Positions 13,822-26,659 of a DNA stretch of 64,000 nucleotides are shown here, piece by piece. The DNA is from Daphnia carinata (lineage: Eukaryota). Within the stretch, counting starts at the first letter, position 1; each line of letters begins with the position of its first letter. A program made the position numbers and the translations under genes. The notes beneath the pieces were generated by a model, which was not told where the DNA came from, ran no database searches, and was given only the letters and a program-made list of their open reading frames with translations. The stretch is from NCBI RefSeq assembly GCF_022539665.2, contig NC_081333.1, positions 5,146,001 through 5,210,000 on the forward strand, written 5' to 3'.

Positions 13822-14830
13822 ATGGAGGAAATTCCGAAAAGAACAAGGAAACTAATTTCGATCGACAGTAAGTCTGACCGCGTTCTACTAGGAACTGGTG
13901 GAATTGCCTCCGTATGGAAAGGAAAGTTCAATGGCCGTCCAGTCGCAGTAAACAAATTTTTACTGCAAAATTGGAATGAAGAAAAAGAAGAAAATGCTAT
14001 GAAACAATTGGATCATCCAAACATCGTGAAACTATTTCATTGTGAAAGTGACGAAGACTTCAGGTGAGATTACTGCGTCGTGATTTTGAAGTAAAACGAT
14101 ATCAATACCTGAAAGTTTTTCGTCCCCATGTTACAGGTACTTCGCGTTGGAATTGTGCGTCGCTTCGTTAGGTGAGCTGTTCTTAGAGTTGAATAAACCC
14201 GATAAATACAACGGACCTATGCCATGTCTTATTGAAGCTTTTCAACAATTAGCTTCGGGACTCGAACACATTCATTCAAAGAATTTTGTTCATCGTGATA
14301 TTAATCCGCACAACATCCTTATTTCGGCCATATCTGCTACACAACCTTTTGCGGTGACACTCAAATTTGCCGATTTCGTATTATCCAAATCCGTAAATGA
14401 GAGGGGAACGTTCACGATGAGTGGAATACGAGGAGTCGCAAATTATTTTGCTCCCGAAATATTGAGACTATGGACGACAGGCCAAAAGTGTCGAGGGGAC
14501 GTCAAGAACGACATCTTTGCACTTGTTCTCGTCTTTGGATGTCTGTTCTTGGACGGGCAACATCTTTACCGTTCTAATGAGAGCGAAATTCACAACATAA
14601 TTGAAGGAAATCCGATCAACATGCAAAGTAATTCCCGACATCCTAAAACATTTTTTTCTATTAACATAGAATTTATCGTTCCACTGTATAAATTGACGAA
14701 AAAAAAATGCAGATTATACGAGGATGAACTACTTCAGAAAATGTTGGAAGACGATCCCACCAAAAGAATGACGTCGACAGAAGTTGTCGATCAACTAAAA
14801 TCCATCAAGGAAAAGGTTAAATCAATCTGA
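13822..14830 (+). pseudogene. IRE1-like Ser/Thr kinase domain gene, catalytically altered (pseudokinase or pseudogene)
   Basis: LGTGGIASVWKG, VAVNK, LDHPNIVKLF, intron 14064-14137, LELCVASL, GLEHIHSKNFVHRDINPHNILI, KFADFVLSK, APE. Confidence 0.8.
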
Positions 14831-15239
14831 TGCAACTCGCGCAATTATCTTAACATTTGTCTCTATGTTCTATTTCGCTTGCTAAAAAACCTCTCAAACT
14901 CGATGCGAATTATACGCTACCATTCACGATTGATCGAATGATTTCAGGCGGCGACAAAGCCGCTCTTGTAAAGCTTTTCAACTGGATAGCTCCGGACTTA
15001 ATGGTTACAAAACTTCTTTACAGCAGCAAGGCAAAATCGTAACTACGTCTTCCTTTTTTTTTTTTTTTGCCTTTCTGGTACTTTACATCTAAATCACGAA
15101 GTAGTATTCGTTCGACAAATAAAGATTATCTTAGAACAGAACCCTATGAATTACACAAATTGATTATCTGATACTTTTTTCACAGAAGGAGCAAATTTTC
15201 CGCGGCTACAATTCGAGACAAATTTCAACTGCCGAACAG

Positions 15240-15708
15240 ATGAATTTCAGCAGGAAAGTCGCCAATAGCATCAACGGTATGGGAAACTCGACGAAAATCG
15301 ATTTCAACCATTCCCTGTTGAAATCCAACACTAATGAGAATGCGTTTTAGATCAAGGAGCAGCTGGTGCTCTTGAATCAGGTCCCTCGAAACGCGTTCGT
15401 CATTATAGGCTTGATTGCCTCAACTACAGGAATCGTGGGGCTAGTGGCCAACGGGACAGTACTTTCCATCTTTTCGAAGTGCTAAAAGGCGCAATTGCGC
15501 CTTTACAATTTGCGGATTGTGTTTCAAAACACAAGTGCTCGGTAGACAATGAAATAATCAAAAGATTCTAACTTGTTGATTTTTAATTGCAGATTCAAAA
15601 GGCTATTAAGATCTCATCCAGCAAATACGTTCATCATTAAATTGCCTTTAAGCGATATGGCAGCATCAGCTCTTCATTCGATGGCTTCCTATTCAAATTT
15701 TCAACAGA
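15240..15708 (+). pseudogene. Opsin-like GPCR (arthropsin-like) TM1-TM2 fragment
   Basis: Exons IIGLIASTTGIVGLVANGTVLSIFS and FKRLLRSHPANTFIIKLPLSDMAASALHSMASYS. Truncated after TM2. Confidence 0.7.
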
Positions 15709-16029
15709 GATATTCCTAAAAAATATACCGAAAACAAGAGCACAAAAATGGCGCACTCGACTCTACTAAACGACAAGGAAGACTGAGAACAAAAGTGACG
15801 CTTTGCTCAAACGTTGCCAATTTGCGAATTCGCGTAGTTGCCATCTTTTAAAATTTGTCTCCACCCCTTCTATTTCGACATATCATTTGTATGAATATTA
15901 CTACCCTCAATTAGAAATACAAATAACCATAAACAAAACAAACATTTTCAACTGTTTTTTTATTTGCTAAATTTGCATCTAAATCTTTTAAGCAATAAAT
16001 ATTGCAGGATGAATTTTAAAGTTTTAAGT

Positions 16030-17551
16030 TTATATTCTTATCTTGCCGGGATTCATATGCCGTAACAAACCTATTCAAAATTAACATAGTTAAATTAGAA
16101 TTTTAGATGAAAACTTATTCATGTTACTTTACTCACCTTTACTCGTCTTCAAAATTTGCAGCGGAGAATCCTTTTCGGTCACATTTCTCTTGAGAATGTC
16201 GCAACCATTCGCGAATACAAAACTAAATATCGTCATCTAATTTTTCTTCAATCTGAAGGCGGGTATTTGCGCGAACAGCACATATTTTTATAAAGAAATT
16301 TTAGTGAAAGGCATTAATGTATGTATATAAAATTTCTTACTAACTGTGGCAGTATTTATGTTTTTAGCTCGCTGAAACAATTTTTTTTTCTCCTTTTTTT
16401 ACTTTTTCCTTTCCACGTGAATGAAGCGCAGATTTGGTCTGTGAAAAGTTTCCCCATAATCCGGTAAACCATATCACTGAGAGATCTTCCCCCTCTTCTA
16501 AATAACACCAGCTTCTAAAAAATAGTTTCAAATTCATTAAGACAAACAACTTTTAAAAACTTTTTCATACATAATTACCAGTTTTTGCAGCATAGAACGC
16601 AATTCCAGTGCTTTTTGTAATTCCTTAACTTCTCCAATCTAGCGGCAAAGCGAATACTTCTTCAGGATAATCGGCCTCTTCCACGTTGCAAACACAACCA
16701 ATTCATTTTTCAGCCTCCAACCGGTCGATTTTTTCCATTAATTGCTTCATCAGAATTTTCAGAAATTCAAGAAACCTCTTCGTGTATGACTGAAATTCTA
16801 AAAAGGTAAAAATGTTAATATTAAACTTAAAATAATGCTAATTTTGCCATTATTACGTTGCTGTGACCAAACTTCTGATGTTCCTTTTGCAGCCTATTGA
16901 GGAGTTTGCAGTGCGTTTGAGGGGCTCGTATCCGGTGTGTTATTCATATTGTTGCATTGTTTTTTGCGATACGGAACAAAAATTCCATCATCCCCTTTTG
17001 CAGCTTGAAATTCATAGTCTGAAACCAAAAAAAAAAAAAAAATTTAAGAAACCTTTAATTATTAACTTAACAGTTAAATACCTTCATCAACTAGTTCATC
17101 GTGTAAAATTTCTGCATCCACATTTTCTTCAATTTCCAAATATTCTTTTCCTATTGAAGCGATCTCTTCTGTGACATATTCAACATAGTTTTCTTCTAAT
17201 GCGTTTCCTAATACGTTGGCAGTAATTCCTTTGCCAAGATGTTCAAATGAAATAAACTGAAAATCTGCATCCATTGTCTCACTAGTAACATCTAGAAAAA
17301 AATGGATGTCGGGTTACTACTGCAATAAAAGAAACTAAAAAAATTACCTTCCTGCTGTCCACGAAAATTATTACCCCTTTCTTCATTGCTGTTCCTACAA
17401 GGCACATTTCCACTTCCTTTCCGTCCATGATACCCACTTCCACCTGCAACACGATGCCCGTTCCCACGGAAACATCCCAATGTACCGTACCTGTTCTAAG
17501 AGGTGACGTCAACGCGACTCCCTTTGGCTATCCATTTTCATTTCCATCCAT
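16030..17551 (-). pseudogene. DUF4806-like transposon-associated protein gene, multi-exon, degenerate
   Basis: GGRSLSDMVYRIMGKLFTDQICASFTWKGKSKK...CFSEL and IREWLRHSQEK motifs. Stops and frameshifts. Confidence 0.65.
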
Positions 17552-17599
17552 GTAATCCAGACATGTTTAAAAGAAACTAATAACATCATCTCTGCATGA

Positions 17600-18130
17600 C
17601 AGCTGCTTTAAATATACCCTACCTAAGGATTTGGCAATCGCAATCGATTCAATTATGGCGATCAATAGAGAAATGTAAAGTGCAGAACCGAGATTTTTGT
17701 AGATGTCCAACGAAAGAGTATGTCTTTCCGTCTGCCTCAAACGAAAAGGGCGGCGCTCTGAATGGAGGGAATCCGCTAGGAATGTCACCTAAATGTATAA
17801 ACGTTAGCTATTTAGGGGAAAGTTTGCAAAATGAAATACGGTGTTTTTTAATGGCGAAATAGCATTGTTTTCCATTTTTACAGGGGATTCATTTAACTAA
17901 AAAATATATTGGGATGTGCGTGACTTACCTGTTAGGTGAGAGGATAGCTACTCTGGCCAGGTTCAGTCAGAGCGTAAGCCAAAATGGAAGCGGCGATGAT
18001 GACGATAGCGTTACGCGAGACCGAAATCAGCCAACATGTCGTGTTGATCCAATTCTGCCATCGCTTTCTTTCTCCTTCTTTACCCAATTTGACTTGATCA
18101 AGAACCTATCTTACGCGAAAAAAAGATGTG
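17600..18130 (-). pseudogene. SLC26A11: SLC26A11-like transporter, two internal exons
   Basis: WINTTCWLISVSRNAIVIIAASILAYAL and LGSALYISLLIAIIESIAIAKSLG. Confidence 0.78.
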
Positions 18131-18179
18131 TGAATCAAAATGTTGAAATATCTTACCATAACATCTTAACATAACATTA

Positions 18180-18425
18180 AATGCTGCACCAGCGGACTAC
18201 GCCGAGGATTCATAGTACTATTCGGCCGCCATTATTCGGAAGCACCCACGTACTACACGACTAAGGCCCGGGAATAATACACAACAATAGCTCCTCAGTA
18301 TTGCGTTTAGATGTCCGACTACCACACTATCACTTACGCAGCTTCTGTTTACAACATTGAGGTCCCCAAGTAATATACGGCTCCAAACTATTACCAAACA
18401 AAAGCTCGCCCTTACTACACCACCT
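18180..18425 (+). pseudogene. Degenerate Tyr/Thr-rich repeat protein fragment
   Basis: YSEAPTYYTTKARE*YTTIAPQY...EVPK*YTAPNYYQTKARPYYT. Same family as 12295-12962. Confidence 0.7.
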
Positions 18426-20127
18426 TTTTTACTGGCATACACAAAACTGAATTATCCGAATCCATGTAAACTAGCCTATTTTATACCGTATGTCCAACAA
18501 ATGTCCAGTTTACATGAATGCAAGATTTGCAGATCGAAATATGGTGCGAGCAGCAAGTTTTTTTTATAGTTTGCATAAAATATTTATTGACTCTTAAGTA
18601 CAAGACAAAGGAACAATAATTCTTCATAAGGAGCATCGCATGTAGCTCCACGTTCGATTGCCTCGTCACCTTCCCACCTTCAGGATCGTTTCACTAATTC
18701 GGGCTTTTGTAGCAGTTCTAGACCCCGCTCACGAGTGAGATTGACTCCGTGAGCTGGCCGCCCTTCTGGGCCAGATTATACTTGTGGTATAAATTTAAGG
18801 CTTGATTTCTGGTGGTTACCCAGAACACTCAGAGGACGTCACAGGATATTATCATGTGACCACTTGATATCGCATGTCTCGTGGCCTGCTACCTTTTCTT
18901 GGCCACACTATTTTGTCGAGAGCGACTCGAAAAGAACTAATCGTAGGGCAGTCGAAGGGCGAAACCTTCCGGCACCACACACCGACGCTGTTCCGTTCAG
19001 ACCTAACCGGTCACTCATGATTGGGTAAGTAAAGTGAAAGAAGAAGGGTGAGAAGAAATATGTAACGGAGGGATTTATGAGAATTAGACAGTCGAAAAGC
19101 GATCGGATCCAATCCCGGCCCTAGACAAGAGAAAAATGTGTTAGTATATGTTTTCCAGGAATAATTCTTACCTTTCTGAATGCATTTTTAAAGTTTTATA
19201 GGCTTTTATCATTGCGTGTATGACAAATATCGGAAACTGAACACATGTATAAGTTAGTTAGGTTTGTTATTACAAATTTTTGTTAGTTGGTTATTGGCGT
19301 GCTAATTATAGTGGAGGTAGGGCGCAATTGGAACGCTAGGCAATTGAAACAAAAATTCTACCACTTGAAGTATTTAATAGATTTACTTTTAAAAATTTGA
19401 CCTAGCGGGAATTTTGGTTGTGCATTTCTAGAAAAAAATTGAAGGCTTTAGACTCTAAACGTTTTCGAGTTATCCCAGAAAGTTGTTTTTTGACTGTCCA
19501 TTTTCAGTTTTTGCCCAAAGTTTTTTTTGCCGATTTCAGGCACCAAAACGGCACCAAAATGGTACCCGTTTGCAGGATACTAAGGCATCCTCAAGGCGGG
19601 TATGAAAAGGGTACCATTTCGGCACCCGAAACCTTCCGCAGATGACGGAGAGAGCCGACACACGTTTAAGGCACGAAATCGGCATCAAAGCGGCATCATT
19701 TAAATGTTGTGCTCATTAAAAATGGGATACGTTTATTAGGTTAGCTTGAGTTTTGGGGGTTGGTTTCAGCGCCTTAAAATTAAACTTGCGCTTTAAAAAA
19801 AAAAGAAGCTAGAAAAGTGGGAGTTAGGAAAATATATATTATTTAGCATAAGAAATGCTTAAAACAAGCATTATTTATGATAGGACTTTAATCTTAAATA
19901 ATTCATTTCCTTAAAAAAATTAACAAATCATACTTAAGTTTGAAAATAAAAAACATTTAGCATAATTTGTTTAATTGCTTTTGAGGGAACGAAAGTTTAA
20001 CTTAATTTTGACTTCATCTTTAGGTTTTTTAAATTCTGTTTTTGACCTGTTGTCGAAAAAAACTTTCAAAACAAGTATTTTTCTAGATTTCTATTTATAT
20101 TGTTCGGAAATATTAGTTATAATATAA

Positions 20128-20197
20128 GTAGAATGGTCCAGTGGAAAGAAAATCCGACTGTGGTGAGGGAGACGCGAGTTCGATCCCAGCCACAGCC
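20128..20197 (+). pseudogene. tRNA-derived sequence (A and B boxes), degenerate
   Basis: TGGTCCAGTGG...GGGAGACGCGAGTTCGATCCC with tRNA-like spacing. Stems pair poorly. Confidence 0.6.
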
Positions 20198-20818
20198 GTT
20201 TTAGCAACGGTGCCAAAACTGTGCTGATGGGCTACTACGGAAGTCTTGAAGGCAACTACAAGATATTTTTGGGAATTCGCCTATGTAAAACAACATAGGC
20301 ACACGTTTTAGTGATTGAAAGGATGACTTTACGTTATTAAAGACAAATTGTAATAAGAAAATGAACTCGGGAAGGCGTTACCACAATGCCGAATATATTT
20401 TATTCTAATAGGCCAAAGATAATAAAAGAATTACACAGATATGGGGTATAAATGGGAAACAGAAATACAAAAATGGAGTCATACGAATTCAGTCTTACCG
20501 TCACCGCCGTGGCGAAGATAGAATAAAGATGTCAAACGTTGAAAGAGAAAAGATAAAGAAAACGGGCTTGTCGGTCGCATAAGAAGCGATGAAAGCACTC
20601 ACAATAATTATTGAATAGGAACAAATTAAACTCACTATATTTGAAGAATTAAACAACACTTGTAGCACTAAGAATAAGAACTGGAACTGGAACTAGAACT
20701 GAAGATAGTTGAAGAACTGAAACGAACTGTAGAACTATAGAACTAACTTTTGGGAACAAAAAGGGCATCCTTTTATACGTTTTACATGTTTGAGGGAAAC
20801 ATAGCATTTCCGACAGAT

Positions 20819-23800
20819 CCCTAGCAGAAATTCAGAGGGCAACATCCCATCCAAGACTGGTATTTAGGACTCGTCTAGAGTCCTAGACTGGTCCAGCGGG
20901 CGGGTATTTGGACCCCTTGTTTGCAGCCATAACAGCCTCCTAGACTGGTATCGAGGACGGTTAAAAAAAGAAGAAAAAAGACGGTGAGCCTCTTAAATAA
21001 GAGCCAAAAGCCGTTCACATACCCGGCCGTTAGACTCAGCCGGGGCTCATCTTCTATACTCGTCCGAATACTCGTACCCGATATCCGTTATGGGACGGTT
21101 TTTAAAATGCACTTTTACTCCCTACGTTAAATTTTTATAGTTTCACAAAATAAAGATCTGCAAAATAACACAAATTGCTTTATATTTATCATGACATGAC
21201 TGATAATCCAGTTCGTTCTGGCAACATAACAACAGGGCACAAAGACTAGAAAGGCGCAATGTGGCCAACACGGCATGGCGAGAACACAGAAAAAACATCT
21301 TTTAGGACATTTAAACCAAAAATTTGTAAGTTATTCAGTGGGTTTTTTGAATTTCTTTATGTTCTTCTCCAAAGCATCAATTTTGGACTGCAGTTCTGCC
21401 TCGTAAATAGTACTAGGTACTGGCGCTTCAAAAGTTGGGCCCTTGGTTCGCCACTGTTGCTACCTGAATTTTAAAAAAGTTTTGAATTTTTAAGTTCGAA
21501 AATACCTTAATGTAATTACTTTGAATAATGTTGATGACGGAACTTGTTCTGATTGCCGTAACAACTGTAGGCGGACTGCTGTCTTCACGTTTTCCTCTCG
21601 TAAAAGTAGGTAAGCTCTCGTAAAATTCACTGCAATAACAAAATAAAAATTAATTCTAGAGATTACAATACAATTGCACATAAAGTAATTGAAACTTACC
21701 AGGCTTGTTCTCTGGATTCATAATATTATGAACATCGTATTCCAGCCAAGTATTGAATGGGTGGTGGAATCTTTCAAATGTTTTTTCCCCCCAACACGCA
21801 GAATTCAAATTGCCTTCTGATGTAGTACATGGTGGGTACAGCAGAAACTTGTGGTCCGTTGATAACCAGTAACGGGTCACAAAGCTGTATAAACATAAGA
21901 GATTGTTGTCACAGCCCCTCTCTAAGGTTTGTACGATAAACCATGAAGGCTCTTTGTAGTTTTCATGCCCTCCGGACAGTAAGCAAGTACCGTCACAACG
22001 CCTACAGTTACCGGCAGTAGGATACTTTGAAGTCCCACAATGATGCACAGCGCGCGCAGAGGATTGGATATTTCCAGCAAGCCTGGAAGGCACCACAACA
22101 GCCACAGCCATATCAATTCATATGCCAGACCTACCGGAGTTTCGTCCAAACCTCACCAACCCAAAAATGGCAACGGTCGTACAGTTCCCGTCATCAAATG
22201 CGTCACACCTCGACAAGTTCAGCAGCATGTTGCGACAACAAGAAAAACTAGAAGCAGCAGCAACGCTAACACATAATCAGATTTTGAACCTGCTGGACGC
22301 GTCACCAACGCCAAGATATAGGAACTATCCATATGAATGGATAATAGCGTTTGTGATCTCACTATTCAGTATTTTTGGCCTGACAGGATTCACACTACGG
22401 TTTGCACAACGTTTAGATACCCACATCAAGGCTGGCATGCAGGTGTACGAAACAGCGGATTACGCATTACGAGGAGCGGCCACGGAGGAGCGACTGATTA
22501 GGACACAAGACACGGACTTTTGAACACGGAAAACGGATGTTACCAATTTTGGTTTATTATTATTTTACTATTACTATTATCCTTCGCTATCACGGTAATT
22601 GTCACATACTATGGCAATCGGGGGCGATCGCCTTCAAACGGGGGGGACCTGTCACGTGGATTCGGAGGACGTCCACGTGTTAACGATAGACACGTGGAGT
22701 CCGAGGACATCCACGTGCTGGGAACGTCTCGTACATCAGCCCCAACCCTTTTTCTCCGCTTTCACTTCCGTAAGGTCAAGTAGAATTATCTGCTTGACCA
22801 TCTTACCGGAAGAGCTTACCCCTTCTATGCGCTTTCTATTCGAACGGTCACGTAGAGGTTATCTACGTGACCATCTTCTTTCTACTTCCCGCGTCACCCT
22901 TGGCGGGTAACAATCTTTCCCTTTAAATAGGAGAGCCTACGAGTGACACGGGGCTCTCAGTAGACAGTTGGGTTTGGAGTGTGACTGTGGTAGGATCAAT
23001 ACACCAGGTCCAAAAAAGCGCTGTTGAGTCATTCATTTAGTGAATTGCGGCAGTGGTCGTCACAATATTAAACAAGAAATCAAACCTGCGTGTAATTTAG
23101 CGTTTCAAAACGGTACAATAACGTGAGTCTCTGTCGAAGAACTTCAAGCATTTCTGTTAAATACGTACAAATTTCATACGGACAGCATGGGCGTTGCCAG
23201 TTTACCCATTTCGGGTTTTTTATATAAATATAAAATAATGTGTGGGGAAACTATTTTCTGTTGTATTCACAATTTCTTTTCAATTATTTTCAATTCTTTT
23301 AGTAAGGTTATTTGATTGCTAAGCTAGAATTATGCATGTACGCGTACAAAGGAAAAAAAAGGAATGAAAGTTAAGTATTGATTTTCCCTTGCAGGCCTGT
23401 TAGACGTAATCGATTTCCTCCAAAGCAGACGACAACAATTTTGTTGTCTGGAAGGCCAGGTTGATGCTAAACAATATTGGATCGTGCCTGAATGCGCAAA
23501 CGGAAAACGTTATAAAAATTGTAGCAATCTTATTCCGCATTTAAAATTTATTTATTAATTAGAGAAGATTAGTCAAAAGGGGATTTTCATCTTCATGAAC
23601 ACCGTCTCAACAATCAGTTTGCATCAACTAATTCAAACACTTACAATATATTGTTGCTGGTACAACAAACAAGTCAATGTCAACAAACTAGCATTCCCGG
23701 TTAGCTTTTAGCTTTAAAAAATAAATAGTACAAATGATAATTGAAAATTAAAAGATATATATCTTTTCACGACCTACCTTTATATTTCTTTTTCACGACG

Positions 23801-24373
23801 TTTCCTCTGATATCAGAGACGACGTTTCCTCTGATAACAGAGGAAACGTCGTGTGGTTGGAAACACATAAATTTTTAATAGAATACTGGTATTTTTACCA
23901 GTCAAGATGAGTTCCAAAAGTCAGTAAAGGACGAGTCCAATCCTAGTATTTTGTCTGTAAATCAATCAAATATTTTTGTAGAAAATTGTAAGAACGTAGG
24001 CCAGTGAAAAAACGAGTCTCATACTGGTTTTTTGTATCCACATCAATCCCAATGTTTTCAGAAAATTTTGAGGACATAGGCCAGTATTAGACGAGTATAA
24101 TACTCGTACCACGGGCTGTAGCGCTCGGCTTTCGTGCTAGCGTACAAGAGACCAGTAAAAAATGAGCCCTACATTGGTACTAGGGACTTAAGCGCTTCGC
24201 TTCTTTTTTGCGTCCATAAAACCGGATTTGTACTAAGCTAGTACCAGACAACGAACCGAAAGTACTTAAGCAAATTGATTCCGTATTCAGTACGCAAACT
24301 TGTCCGGAAAAATGAGTTCAAATTAGAGTATCGCGGACGCAGACCCCATCTGGACACAAAGTTTCTGCTAGGG
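20819..24373. mobile_element. Non-autonomous CACTA/EnSpm (CMC) DNA transposon
   Basis: TIR CCCTAGCAGAAA...TTTCTGCTAGGG, 2-bp TSD AT on both sides, subterminal repeats (actggt/actcgt/acgagt variants). Confidence 0.82.
21940..23064 (+). mobile_element. 3' remnant of an env-bearing LTR retrotransposon (env C-terminus, PPT, 3' LTR ~22650-23064)
   Basis: Frame CPPDSKQVPSQRLQLPAVGYFEVPQ*CTARAEDWIFPASL...TM YEWIIAFVISLFSIFGLTGFTL ends at 22523. PPT aaacgggggggacc, then TGTCACG...cgtcaCA. Confidence 0.68.
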
Positions 24374-24729
24374 ATGAGCTCCGGATGTAAGTTATTGAAT
24401 ATCTCACGCAACACCATTTCGTATTCATGGAAATGTATGGCGCGATGTTCTACGCATGAAACTCATCCAATCAGCAATAAGCAGGATGTAAAGTATAATA
24501 TAAAAATAGAATTCAAGGAAATGTCAATGACACTTGAATTACTATATCTATAATGTATACTTTAAATATAATGCATAACAAACATAATATATAATTTTAA
24601 CATAAAGAAAACAAACAATGAAGATAAAATATAATTAAAAGTTGTATTTTGGTGACTTCGTTACACATCAAAATGAAACTTAAATTTGTCCGCATATTGT
24701 CTTGAAAGTTATCTTAAAGATACTACTAG

Positions 24730-24852
24730 TCCCGGACATTTGGACGAAAGGAACGGGTCTTAAATATTACCTAAAGAGCTCCTCGGGATCTCCACACTCG
24801 GGACGATCGGACATCCTCGGGATGTTTTAACGACAGCCCGGTGCTATGTGGG
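24730..24852. mobile_element. Orphan CACTA terminus (CCCACATAGCAC family)
   Basis: ggacat/ggatgt subterminal repeats ending GTGCTATGTGGG, the same terminus as at 53704. Confidence 0.7.
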
Positions 24853-25029
24853 ATTCATACGGCGTTCCATACAAATGGAACATGTACAACCCACTTTTTA
24901 AAGCGATCTTTGCTGTGCTGTTGAGACGATTGGCTTGATGTTGGGGTGCCATCTTCAAGAGGGCACAACGTTGAAATGAAACACAATTCAACATGAGCTA
25001 TAAGTGAACTTGACTCTCAAGAAAACTTT

Positions 25030-26659
25030 AGAAACGATTTTTACTAACCTAGAATCAATTGGAGATCAATGACAATGGCATTTTAAACATTTTTTCATCC
25101 GTTGAGCACATGGCCACACGGTTCAAAACACACATCCGGCGGATTTTCACAGCAGACGATGCATTCAATGCCGTCGGAAGGTGGCCACGATTCATCGGGC
25201 GACCTCCCTTTAGCGGTAATTTTTGTCTCGCACGGAATGACGACTGAATCAGGCTCAGTAGCAATTTCGCCACCAACCGAAGCTGATGAAAACCAAGTTC
25301 AATGGTTAACGTAACTCACCAACGTTTCCCATACAGAGGAGTCAGCAATAAAGTCTACGCATGTTTGTTTCTGCGTTTGCGGACTTCGGGATTACAACCA
25401 AGCTGCATCAAGTAGCAAGCGACTGCCATCGCTAACCTATGAGTTGGATTTCGGCCATTCGCATGTAAACATTATTGGATCTTGATTTGAAATATTTGTT
25501 AAAATCCTTTTCGATGAAAGATAAAATTCAAAAGAAACCTACACTGAATTTGTTGGGTGACATCGTAATGCTGGGTTCTCCTTGGAGTGAATGCAACTTG
25601 AGACAGGCAACGTGGATACCCGTATCACCATCTTCATCCGCAGCCGTCACATCGGCGCCGGCTTCCACTAAGAGGTCGACAAGAGGAGCATGTCCTTGGG
25701 AAACCGCTAGCAGTAAGGGCGTCTGCCTCCGGTTGTTCAGTGGATCAACGCAGCGCTGGCCATCCAAAAACAGTTTGGCCATCTAAAACAAAAATTACGC
25801 AGAAACGCTTTAAAAGAGCTCCAAGGAAATGCCAGATAACGAACAACCGCCAACCTGAACATGGCCATTCAAACTAGCTAAATGGAGGATGGTGAATCCT
25901 TCATCCTTTTTCTAATCCACCAGCTGTCGATTACGCATCAAAATGCGCTCCGCAGTGCTTAAAAAACACCATAAGATGTTTAACTGTTGGTATGAAACAA
26001 ATTTCGTTCCATTGTTCCATACTTACACATAATTCCCTTTCAGAGCGGCGTGATGAAGCCTATTGAAATCTCGTGTGTTCGTCAGTGTACAATCAAGAGC
26101 TGATGACGAAGCTAAAGCTTCTATAATACCCGCATTCTCTTTGTCGGTTGCATAGTGCAGGGCCGTGTCTCCGTATGAATCCTAGTTCAATTTCAAAGGC
26201 GAATGGAGATTACTTTTACGTGCCCTTATCAGGGATGATTAATGTACGACTATGAAATTCGTACTTGAACATTGACGTCACATCCGTATTTGAGGAGCAT
26301 TTAAACACAAGCAGGGAACTGCTTATTTACAGTGGCATGCAAAGGTGTGCAGCGCCCAGGATTCGTACTGTCAATGACAGCTCCTTTTTTAATGAGCAAT
26401 TCCATAACTTCGGGCTGATTTCTGTCACGAATAATATCAACAATAAAATTTTTTTAACGCAGGGAAATCATGATAATGTTACCAAAAGCGGCATAATGTA
26501 ATGCTGTATCGCCGTTACCGTCAGCGATTTCCATGGAGGCCCCTTTGGACAACAAGAATCCAACCAGTTCAGTGTGACCCTGATGAGAGGCAACTTGCAG
26601 GCAAGTTTTTCCGCTGCTTTTGGCGTTGAAGAATCGTGAGATGTAAATCGAATCGAACT
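25030..26659 (-). pseudogene. mib2: mind bomb 2 E3 ligase, C-terminal half (ankyrin repeats, RING), disrupted
   Basis: GKTCLQVASHQGHTELVGFLLSKGASMEIADGDGDTALHYAAFG, RQTPLLLAVSQGHAPLVDLLVEAGADVTAADEDGDTGIH, RING ECIVCCENPPDVCFEPCGH. Confidence 0.85.

Noticed and set aside
18870..18980. Short hairpins (gtggcc...ggccac; gaagggcgaaaccttc) considered as a ribozyme
   Set aside because: No hammerhead core (CTGATGA/GAAA) or HDV nested pseudoknot could be built.
19317..19700. Possible left end pairing with the CACTA terminus at 24852
   Set aside because: Subterminal-type ggcacc repeats are present, but no CCCACATAG TIR or matching TSD was found.
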